DNA from: the human T2T-CHM13v2.0 reference genome, Homo sapiens
Strand: one strand, 5' to 3'
Length of the DNA stretch: 64,000 nt
Assembly (NCBI RefSeq): GCF_009914755.1
Contig: NC_060941.1
Part shown: piece after piece, positions 1-13,990 of the stretch
Layout: the number at the start of each line of letters is the position of its first letter
Numbering within the stretch: the stretch's first letter is position 1
Notes under the pieces: model-generated
Database searches by the model: none
Seen by the model: only the letters and a program-made list of their open reading frames with translations
Told to the model about the DNA's origin: nothing
Program-made: the position numbers and the translations under genes

Positions 1-251
1 ATTCAGTTGGTAATGAAAAGCCACCAAGACTTTTGAGCAGGAAGTGTTAGGCAGATTGTTTCCGGGGCAGTGTGGATAACAGAGGTAAGAGAAGGCAAGG
101 TTAGAGACGGGCAGGATGCCCAGCTGGGAAGCAAACTAGAATGGACGTTTGAATTAGCATTAGTAGTAGGGATGGTGAGGTTTGCCCTTAGGCTATGTCT
201 ATAGGGCACTGACAAAACCTGGTGAAAAGTGAAACTGTTAAAAACAGTTTG

Positions 252-629
252 CATGGTATTCCATGGTGCATATGTGCAGCATGTCCTTCGCAGGGACATA
301 CGTGAAGCTGGAAGCCACCATTCTCAGCAAACTAACACAGAAACAGAAAACCAAACACCACATGTTCTCACTCATAAGTGAGAGTTGAACAATAAGAGTA
401 CATGGACACAGGGAGGGGAACAACACACACCAAGTCCTGTCAGGCAGTGGGGGGAAAGGGGAGGGAGAGCATCAAGACAAATACCTAAGGCATGCAAGGC
501 TTAAAACCTAGATGACGGGTCAACAGGTGCAGCAAACCACCATGGCACATGTATATGTATGTAACAAACCTGCACTTTTTGCACATGTGTCCCAGAACTT
601 AAAGTAAAATAAAAAAAATATATATATAT
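252..629 (+). mobile_element. 5'-truncated L1PA (about L1PA7/8) 3' end with a short 5' inversion
   Basis: L1 ORF2 end and 3'UTR (AAACCAAACACCACATGTTCTCACTCATAAGTG...CCCAGAACTTAAAGTAAAATAAAA). 252-277 is antisense L1. ACAGTTTGCA repeats at 244-253 and 630-639. Confidence 0.85.
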
Positions 630-922
630 ACAGTTTGCAATGATAATACACAGTAATATATCACCAATTTAATAGTTTTTTTAAAAAAATAACTTTTTCA
701 ATTGTAGACAATTTACCTGGCTATAATTTTGACATCAAAAACATGTATAATCCTAATACTATATTAATAGATGCAAATATTAAATCAACTGTAAGCTCCT
801 TGAAGGCAGTACCTTTTCTTATATTTATGTAACACAGTACATGGCCCAGTCTTGAGTATGTAATAGGCATACTATAAAAACTTGTTGAGTAGTGAAGCTT
901 AATTATTATGTTAATATCTTAT

Positions 923-1731
923 AAGAAGACATTTATGCAGCCAAAAAACACATGAAAAAATGCTCATCATCACTGGCCATCAGAGAAATGCAAATCAAAA
1001 CCACAATGAGATACCATCTCACACCAGTTAGAATGGCAATCATTAAAAAGTCAGGAAACAGCAGGTGCTGGAGAGGATGTGGAGAAATAGGAACACTCTT
1101 ACACTGTTGGTGGGACTGTAAACTAGTTCAACCATTGTGGAAGTCGGTGTGGCGATTCCTCAGGGATCTAGAACTAGAAATACCATTTGACCCAGCCATC
1201 CCATTACTGGGTATATACCCAAAGGATTATAAATCATGCTGCTATAAAGACACATGCACACGTATGTTTATTGCGGCACTATTCACAATAGCAAAGACTT
1301 GGAACCAACCCAAATGTCCAACAATGATAGACTGGATTAAGAAAATGTAGCATATATACACCATGGAATACTATGCAGCCATAAAAAAGGATGAGTTCAT
1401 GTCCTTTGTAGGTACGTGGATGAAGCTGGAAACCATCATTCTCAGCAGACTATTGCAAGGACAAAAAACCAAACACCACATGTTCTCACTCATAGGTGGG
1501 AATTGAACAATGAGAACACATGGACACAGGAAGGGGAACATCACACACCGGGGACTGTTGTGGGGTGGGAGGAGGCGGGAGGGATAGCATTAGGAGATAT
1601 GCCTAATGTTAAATGACGAGTTAATGGGTGCAGCACACCAACATGGCACATGTATACATATGTAACAAACCTGCACGTTGTGCACATGTACCCTAAAACT
1701 TAAAGTATAATAATAATAAAATTAAAAAAAA
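923..1731 (+). mobile_element. 5'-truncated L1PA (about L1PA4): ORF2 C-terminus and 3'UTR
   Basis: ORF 952-1350 is the ORF2p C-terminal Cys-rich region ([20 protein letters not shown]), with a TGG>TAG stop. Typical G-rich 3'UTR and A tail. Confidence 0.93.
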
Positions 1732-3111
1732 TTTAAACAGTTATATGTTAAATAAATTACAAATAAAAGTGAAATTGGGAACATTTACAAAAAAAAAAAA
1801 AAGTATAATTTTGACTATAATAAAGCTTAATCTTAGTGTATGATATAGCTAACAGATGTTAGTAAATTTATCTAAACAGGAGAAATTCTAAAAGCAAAAC
1901 AATTATTCTCACAGTGGCAAATAATTACTTTCCAAATTACTTCTATGGAATTTTTTTAAAAAACAAAAACTAATAAAGATGTCAAGAAATTTCCAGAAAC
2001 TGAAGCTATACCTTTAAGAAAAGTTGCTGCAACATATCTGGGAAAGAAAACCTTTTCAGAGACATGATCAAAGGATTACCGTGTTCAGTATAAAAAGCAA
2101 CAGGCACACCTGCTGAAATACTAGTTTTCTATTAATGTTTACAAGGTATTAGACTCTTTAGTATTTTTCTTACAGCTCTTCTATAGGATGAGAAGTCGAC
2201 AAAAAGTTATCTCTTTGTGCCTTTTGAAAATTCTACATCTGTCTAGAGGCTGAAACTTCTTTTGCGTCTTTCTTTTGTTCTGTTGTACACACTGGTGAAT
2301 TTTTATTTAAGTGACTCACTATTGATGTGACTTGTGAAAAGTTCAGCATAGTTGGCAATTAAATGAAGGCATTTTAGAAAACATTACAACTTTTGTGTTA
2401 ATGGGTGTAACCCAAAAGATGGGTCTAGTGAATATTCTCTTTTATGTATTATGACTCCACCACATTAAAACCAGAGGATAAATAAACACTAAAAACACTT
2501 TTAAGTACAAGGTATTATCAAGCAAAAATCATTGATCTTGTACCTAACATGCTAACAATGATCAAACAATATCACTTATGAGTAAGAGTACAGAATGAGC
2601 AATACTGCATTCTACATAAATTGTAAATCGCTTGAGCTCATTCAAAAAATATTTTCAATTTGCCTTGAACTTCTTTTCACTGGAAACAATTACCACTAGG
2701 AACTATTTTGTCTATGCAAACTAAAAATGAAAATGAAGTGAAAACAAGCTGAAAAGTTCCTTAACAAACATCTGTTTTTCTATAGATCTGATAGGTTGGA
2801 TATTTTGAAACATTTTAAAGCTAAAGGGAATTTCAAACACCCTAGATTAACATTGAAATTGACTTCTCTACCTGGTTTTTAAAAGTGTTGATCTCTGAGA
2901 CAAGAAGCCACATGCTAATTAAACCAGGTTTCATTTCAATTAGAAGTTCAAAGAAGAAACACATTTTGGAAGGTATTACAAAGTTACGGTTACTAATCTA
3001 CCTGAGAACTATCTTTAAGAGGTAACTTTGTTTTCTTTTAAGTGTTTCATGTGCATTTTTGTTACTCAAAAGCAAACCTATACCTGAGATGTCTTTAAAA
3101 AAAAAAAAAAA

Positions 3112-3394
3112 AGACAGGGTCTGGCTCTGTTGTCCAGGCTGGAGTGCAGGGCGCCATCACCGCTCACTGCAGCCTTAAACTCCTGGGCTCAAGCCATCCT
3201 CCCGCCCCAGCCTCCCAAGTAGCTGGGACTACAAGCACATGCCACCATACCCCGTTAATTTTTTTTTTTTTTTGGTAGAGATGGGGGTCTCACTATGTTG
3301 CCCAGGCTGGTCTCAAACTCCTAGGCTCAACCAATCTTCCTGTTTGGGACTCCCAAAGAGCTAGGAAGACAGGGCTGAGCCACTGTGCCAGGCC
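3112..3394 (-). mobile_element. AluJ
   Basis: Dimeric Alu with J-type GGCTCAAGCCATCCTCCC. AGATGTCTT repeats at 3087-3095 and 3398-3406. Confidence 0.9.
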
Positions 3395-4479
3395 TTTAGA
3401 TGTCTTGATCTGTTGGTGGGAAGCGTTCCTCACCAACCTCCACCTATCTCCGTTTTTTTTACTTCCAGACTCAATACCCACGACAAAAAAATGCCAAAAA
3501 GAGATATTACAAATGTGCAAGTCATTACTACAACCACTGAAAATAGAATGTTTCTACAGGTTCAGCTTTAGCTCATGTATCTCCTCTGTGTTTACCTAAC
3601 CAACCACACCTATGTGGACATAGTGATTCACAGGGAAAAATAATAACCTGTATTTAAGCATAAAGATCAACAACAGAAATACCACCCAGGGAAATACTGT
3701 TATGAGTGAGGTCATGAGGTGCATTTAGCCTGAAAGATGCATAAACGAATTGCTAACCTAATGGCTCAGGTGCCAGAGAATACTAATTGGAGCCAGACCT
3801 CAAGTCAATCTTTGAGGCCTTGTAATTGACAACGTCGAGCACTAAAAGTAGGAACGTAGGAAAGGAGAGGATCAGGGACATGCGTCACGCTCGAGGCCAG
3901 AACAAATGTCCAGTCTGCATCAAAAGAGAGGTTGCCTTTGTGAAGTCCACAGGTTATGAAAAGTAGCTATACTTGGGGGGTGAATGGGGGTACCTGAAGC
4001 ATATATAAAACTGTCAAACACCTACGCTTCCCCTTGATAAAATTAGTTTCTTAAGCAAATATTGTTGAAGGCTAAGGACTGGTCTGAGAATACAACTGTT
4101 GTAAGTTCTGACCTAATGATACTAAATATCTACAGATTTAGTGTGTACATACTAAATATGTTTATGATCCTGCCAATACTTTTTAATGCTTTGTGTCTTA
4201 TAGCTTAAATTCTATAATCCCGGTTGTAACAGAAAAACATGCAGAAGGCATTATGACTATGTCACATATGACCTTGATTATTAGAATTTTCAACTGCTCA
4301 AATAATTAAACAGGGCTGTACTGGAGATGGCAGGACAATCAAGGTAGGGAGATCAAGTTATGAGACATTTGTGAAAGTCTTTTGATGGCTTACAATTACA
4401 TAACAATTTTACAATATATTTAAAATATTGAAGAAAGAAAGCAAAATACAGTGAGATAGGTATGATGTCTTTTATAGAA

Positions 4480-4847
<368 letters not shown>

Positions 4848-4924
4848 TAAAAATAAACGGGACAGATTCATACACACCAAATTTGCTGAAGCCAGTATAC
4901 CAAAATGTTAACATCTGTAAAATC

Positions 4925-6200
<1,276 letters not shown>

Positions 6201-6539
6201 TGAGCTATAATCCTCATGCCACCATGAATAAGGATGTACACACTCTGTACAACAAATTGTAAATGCTTTCATAGTGATACTGGGTCATTACTGTTAGTAT
6301 CAATTGTATTGTGCAGTAACAATGCCACCTCAAGGTCTACCAAAATAAATGGGTTATTTAACTTCAAAGCAATAATCCCAAACTGGTATTTTTGATTATT
6401 TATGTTTTATGTGGCTATCCTTCTCTTGCTAAGAGTTGTATGTTGCCCTACAATCAGCATGCCTGTCATACTTGCAATCTCATTTTTCCCTTCCTAATTC
6501 ATTATCTTTAATACCTCTGTGAATTCAGATAAGTGGGTT

Positions 6540-7800
<1,261 letters not shown>

Positions 7801-8065
7801 TGGCAATGGGAATAGTTTTGTGATTTATAAAAGTAAACCACCGGAGTTAGAGTTTGAGGCACTTTCTGATGGGTAAAGTGCATAAGAAAGTCACAGTACA
7901 CAGATTTTGAGATGCTCCTCTTGGGGGTCCTATAAGGAAAGAAACCATTAAAAGAGCGCGGGCTTTAGAGTCACCAGGGTCTCAACCCTGACCCTGCCGT
8001 TTCTTAGTTGCTTAACTATGAGCAAGTTCCTTAGCATTGTAAAGACATATCATAGAACAGGTACA

Positions 8066-8292
8066 TTGCAACTTCTGCCTCCTAACTTCTTGCAATTCTC
8101 CTCCCTCATCCTCCCAAGTAGCTGGCATTACAGGTGTGTGCCACCATCCCCCAGCTAATTTTTGTATTTTTAGTAGAGATGGGTTTTCACCATGTTGGCC
8201 AGGCTGATCTCGAACTCCGGACCTCAAGTGATCCACCTGTTTCAGCCTTGCAAAGTGCTGGGATTTCAGGTGTAAGCTACTGCACCCGGCCA
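8066..8292 (-). mobile_element. Partial AluS
   Basis: Alu similarity; the 3' part of the right monomer is missing. Confidence 0.85.
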
Positions 8293-8559
8293 AGGTACAT
8301 TAATATTAACATCACAGGGTTAATGGGAATCAGTGACTGAGATGATATGAATAGTATTCAATAAATGTTAGTTTTTGTATTTTTTCCCCTCCCAGATTCT
8401 TCACTATACTTTTGGTGGTTGAGGGTGCCGTATAATTGACCTTGAGATTTAGCATTATTATAACAGTTTTTAGGTTAATTAAGGGGTTGATGAGAATGGT
8501 GACTCTGATGCTTCCCTTTGAACTTGACACAATTCTTTTCTAAATTGTGCACTTTAGTG

Positions 8560-8950
8560 TGGCAGCTGGTTGACACTTAAGGTGCATGCCATGCTGTTTT
8601 TGGTTTCTGCTGCCCCTCTGTTTGGAATGCCCTTCCTCCATCCCTTCCAATAGGCCAGGTTAGCTCACCAGGCTCAACTGAAGCCTCATCTCCTTCAGGA
8701 TGCTTCTTTTCTCCTCTACCCCAGGTAAGGTCTGCCTTCTCTGGGTCCCCGTGTTGTTGTATAATACAATGCACTAAATGCAGTGACAGAGTGCCCCATA
8801 TTTCAATGACCTGTGTGTGTGCTGGGTTCCCCTTGTGGATGACAAAGGATCAAGAACTGTGTATTATAGATGATCTTGGTGTTTCCTCCATTCCTATCCT
8901 GGGCCTGGTACATACAAAACACTCGATAAGTATCTGTTGAATAAAGAAAC
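8560..8950 (+). mobile_element. L2 3' fragment
   Basis: Ends ACTCGATAAGTATCTGTTGAATAAAG, similar to the L2 3' terminus. Confidence 0.6.
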
Positions 8951-11900
8951 AAACAAATTTTAAAAATCACCCACCACCCATTTCAAGTGCTTACAAGTCA
9001 CATCCACTTTCGGTCTTGAAGCTCTCCTGCCCTACTTACTAGCCTGTCTTTCTCCTCAGAGAAGAAGCTGGCATGGCTCTGAAGGAACTGATCTTATGAA
9101 AACTCTTGCGTTTCAGCTTGGCTCTACCATCATGAGCTGTGAGATCTTGGGCAAGTCACTGATTCTCTTTGCCCTTGCTTCCTCAGATGCAAAGTGAGAA
9201 TAATTACGGATGTGTAGCAAGAGTTAAATGAAATAGGACATAAAAGAGTCTTACATAGTATCTGTCACATAATGAGCTTTCATCATTTATTGATACGTAT
9301 CATTTTCATTATAAATTTAAGTTAGAATATAGCTGGAAATGAAAACATTCTCCTGAAAAATTTGGATCCGTCATGCAATTAACTCAGATTATTTCAATCA
9401 TCCAGGGAACTCTGTTAAATTGCTTTTATTTCTACTGTTATCCCTAGAACCAGAATGAACTTCTTAATAAAAATAAAACAAAGTAAAACACCCCAGCCTC
9501 AAAGTCCTTGCCAGTCATAAATAACTTGAAAGTTATTTAAATGAAGATATATTGCCTCTATAATGGGGTGCTGTCTATAAATCAGGAAGAAAAACAAACA
9601 AATAAAAAGTCTATTAATGTGAAATGCTGACAAATCTGTGTTTTCAAGGGCCCTACAATTGAGCTTTAATAAAATACACATTCATCGTGTCTGTCTCCCA
9701 AGCCCCACAAATAAGTCTGATCACAGCGACTTTAGAAATGGATGCCTGCAGAGTCGAGGCAAGTTTTCACTCCCAAAAAAGAAAAATTCTGGCTGTTTTT
9801 TAAAGTGAGTGAACTGTAGTCCTCCGGGCACCAAAGAGCTTTTATGGCTCTTTCTCACACATCAGCCCTGGGAGGCTTTGGAAAGGATGCATTAGTGTGA
9901 TGCTGCCATCTGCAGCCAGGACTTTCCATATGCTTTGATAACCTGAACAAATACTGATCCTAGGCCCGGCCAGCCAGCACACGTTTTAAATGGTCTTTCA
10001 AGTTGCTTTCCTGAGTAGGGACGTACTCGTTAGTGCCAAAAGAATTTTTGGCAGACATTTCTCCCGGTTACCAAAGGAACCCATTTTAGTTTCAGTTCAA
10101 GAGAAATTTCATACAGAAGATGCTTCCACTTGATATGAGTTTTCCTGAAGTTCCATGGCACACATTTCTAGATGGTATTACTACAGGAACTTTTTCAAAA
10201 GAATGATGTTCATGTACTTGGATGATGCTACGAACTCACTTCAGAGGGCAGTTGGGTGAAGCTGTGGCACAGTCATTCATAGGCAGGTAATTCAGCCCCC
10301 GGGGGTGCTGGCTTCAAATGTCACTCACAGGATTGCCCTCTGACCACTTTGCCTTGGGTTTTGCCCTTTCCCTCTGTTCTGACAGAGGCAGAAGAAAATA
10401 AGATAACAGCAGAGGGCATCAGTCTTTTTTCTAGAAGACAATTTTTTTTTTTCTGGTTGAACAATTAGCATCCAACCAATACATAAACTGCATTTATAAA
10501 ACACGCAACCCTTCCAGAAATAACCAACCAATTTCACAAAAATGAAACACATGTCTACCATTTCCATCTTTAACTTGTTTCCAAGTTTGTTTTCTTTCAG
10601 CTAAGCATTTGATCTCTTCTGTCCCACACTTTTTAAAAAATTTTTCTTGTCTCATTATGAGTCATCTTATGTTCCGCAAGCTAAGTTTGCTCCTCCTATA
10701 TCTCAATGCTCATCAAAGAACAAAATAATAAAAATCAATGCTCATAATCTCCTTAAAATATCATCATCTGAATTATCTTATTTATACCTTCATAGCATCT
10801 CAGTGTATTTTACATTGAGTTTGACTAGTTTCCCAAATGTGAATAAAAATACCACAGGAAATGTATAGGTTATATTAAAAATATTAGTGTGTTGATATCC
10901 TTCCCAGCAACAGAACATACACAATTACTTGATGTTATACAACTACTTTCGGTCATCGTAAGCCATATAACTAAACCACTCTTTTCTCTCATTTGGCAGA
11001 TGAGAAAAATAAGTTATGTAAGGGTTAAGTGACTTATTCAAAGTCATCTCAAGTAATCTGTGCAGACACTTAGAGATTCTTATTGTTCAGATCTGTACTG
11101 AGGTCCTTGCAAGAACATTAGTCTCCTCTTTTTACCTCTCTAGTGAGAGGTTTACTTCAAATTTTTATCTGTAAAATGGGTATCAATTTCTCAAATGGAA
11201 TAGTAGGAGAATTATTTGTGACAACCCATTTAGCTCCTAAGAGATGGACTAGAGAAGAAAAATGAGATGTCAAATTGGAAAGCTTATTTAGTGTTATGGA
11301 GAAAATCTAAATTAAAAATGGTAGCTTTATGTTTTTATAGCTTTGGTAGTACATATTACTAGAAAGTCATTCAGTACAGAAGCAAGTTTTTCAGCTTGTT
11401 TATAAAATAGTTAAGAAAAAATTGGTAGCAATTTTATTGCAAAGCAAAAGGTTAAGCAGAAAAATCTAGTTAGCTCATAATCAATCCTTTGAAATACTCG
11501 GGATAAAATAGAAATATCTTAATAATTATTACTTATTGCTTTGAATCATACCTATGCTTTCTCAAGATATAAGCAGGTTTTTTTCCTTGCCTTGAAGAGA
11601 AAAGACAATTATTATCCTATCATCTTCAGGTATTTTTCTCTGGGCATGATATTTTTCATTATCCATTAGAATTATGTCTATAGAGGGAAGCATAAATTTC
11701 AAATAACTCTAAATACTTAAAATACATTCAGAAACATATAAACTTTTGCAAGCATCTTACTCATCTTTCATTGTATTATAAAACCACCAAACACACATTT
11801 TACTATTATTTTTGTTATATAAACAAAATATTTCCAAGTAGGATTTGGTAGATGGTAGATTTCAAATTAAACAAAAACTGTGCCCATAACATATATCCAA

Positions 11901-12154
11901 TTGTTTATTAACTCTGAATGGTTTAAATTTTTACAATCAAACAAGGTATTGATTAGAAAATAAAGGGCCTATACATAATACCAGATCCAAAAACAGAAAC
12001 AAGCACTAGTTACACTGTCCAGATATTTTCATTTTATGTATTTAACACATATCTCTAGTAATGGTGGTAGAACCCTGAATATGCTAAACACCGCTGAACT
12101 GTATACCTTAAAAAGAGTGAATTTTATGGTATATGAATTATATCTCAATAAAAC

Positions 12155-12458
12155 TTATTTTATTTATTTATTTATTTTTTGAGACAGAGTCTTGCTCTGT
12201 CACCCAGGCTGGAGTGCAGTGGCGTGATCTCCACTCACTGCAACCTCCGCCTCCCGGGTTCAAGTCTCCTGCCTCAGCCTCCCAAGTAGCTGGGACTACA
12301 GGCGCCCGCCACCACGCCCGGCTAATTTTTTGTATTTTTAGTAGAGACAGGGTTTCACCGTGTTAGCCAGGATGGTCTTGATCTCCTGACCTTGTGATCC
12401 ACCCGCCTCGGCCTCCCAAAGTGCTGGGATTACAGGTGTGAGCCATTGCACCTGACCG
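12155..12458 (-). mobile_element. AluY/Sc
   Basis: CCGTGTTAGCCAGGATGGTCTTGATCTCCTGACCTTGTGATCC and retained CpGs. Confidence 0.9.
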
Positions 12459-12999
12459 CAAAACTTAAAGAACACGTCTAGCTAAATATTCTGTAGGAAA
12501 TAATACATAATTTTTTTCCTTGCTAGCACAGTATTTTAGAGTAGATACAAAAATGAAATAAACAAAGTGTTCGTTGCAGCCCAGATAAAGTGATGCTATT
12601 TGCTCAGAGTAGGATATCTTTTGTGCTGTATTTACAAGCCTCAAATTCTGATTTCAAAGATTTGTGTGAAATTCCCACTGAAACCAGTGACCATTACACT
12701 ACATAGCTTAGGGTATAATTTGGCACATTCTGCAGTATATTTGTATTTTTAAAGGATTCTTTGTTACAACTTTCATCTGCTTTTGTTTAACTGACAAAAA
12801 GATCAGGAAAAGGTCATGATATTTCTTTAAAGAAAAGTCTGGATAAAACATGAAAGTTACCCCAGTACAGCAATACAGATTTGCACTCACTGAAAGTTTT
12901 TGGAAATAAATATTGTATGCACTCTCCATTTGGATTTTGAAAGGAGGAGTAGTTAGAAGATTCATTCTTTTCTGAAAAAATGGTTCTGATCGTATCAAA

Positions 13000-13170
13000 G
13001 AATCTTAGAGTCAGAAGCACTTTAGTGATAATCTGGTTAAATCCAATGCCATCCTTGATGAAGTAACAGAGACCCGAAGAGGTTAAGTAATTTACCCAAG
13101 GTCACACAGCAAGTTAGTGAAAGAGCCAGATCGAGAATGCGTCTCCTAATTCCCTGACCAAAGCTTTTCA
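13000..13170 (-). mobile_element. MIR
   Basis: MIR core-like GAGGTTAAGTAATTTACCCAAGGTCACACAGC. Confidence 0.7.
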
Positions 13171-13539
13171 TCCTCTCATTCCCTAAACAACTATCGTCTG
13201 GGGAAAATTAAAATTTGTTAGGTGTCCCCCATCGAAAAAAATTGTATTCATCATAATCCCACATACAGCAGGTACTTAAGAAGTATTTTTAAATTATGAA
13301 TTATCTTCCATCTATTTTTACTGGGTTTTTTTACACAACAGTTTTGCGAGATATTTTGTAATTAATCTCATAATGAAGAAAATTGGACAGAGAGGTGTTA
13401 AGGAGAGTTATGGAAGAGATCAAACAGCAGCCACATCTCCTTCCAAATTCCATTGTGCCTCATGAAATCTCAAGAGAGTTTCAGAAATCAGCCATGTGAT
13501 TGAGCCATGAAATGAACACGATCGTGCTCTGTTAGAGAG

Positions 13540-13990
13540 TGTAAGCTGAAACAATCGTCCTGGAAAACGCACAATTTCTATCAAGAGCCTTTAAAATGTT
13601 CTTATAAAATAATCTAATAATTCTATCTCTGGTAGCCAATTATATAAATGTAAACCAAGATGCAGAGACACAAGTTTGCAGAGAAGTGTTCATTGCAGTA
13701 GTACTCATGATAAAGTGATAAACATCAACAAGGGAATAGCTAACAATACCATAGTATATTCATTTGATAATTACCACTGTAGGCTAATAAAAGGAAATTA
13801 AGAAGAATTTAACACCAAACATTTTTTATGTGACAATGTGAAGTTTAAAAAGCAGAATATAGGATTGTATATATGGTATGTTTTTTAAAAACGTAAAAAC
13901 CCATGCACAGAAAAATATGTTGGTTGTCTTTGGGGCATAAAAATATGGGTGGTTTTTCTTATATTATCCATGTTTTTAATGAAAAAATAT
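13540..13990 (+). mobile_element. Old L1ME 3' fragment
   Basis: Degenerate L1 3' motifs (GTTCATTGCAG...ATAGTATATTCAT...TATATGGTATG). Confidence 0.55.

Noticed and set aside
952-1350. 132-aa ORF
   Set aside because: ORF2p C-terminal fragment of a truncated L1 with a premature stop; not a gene.
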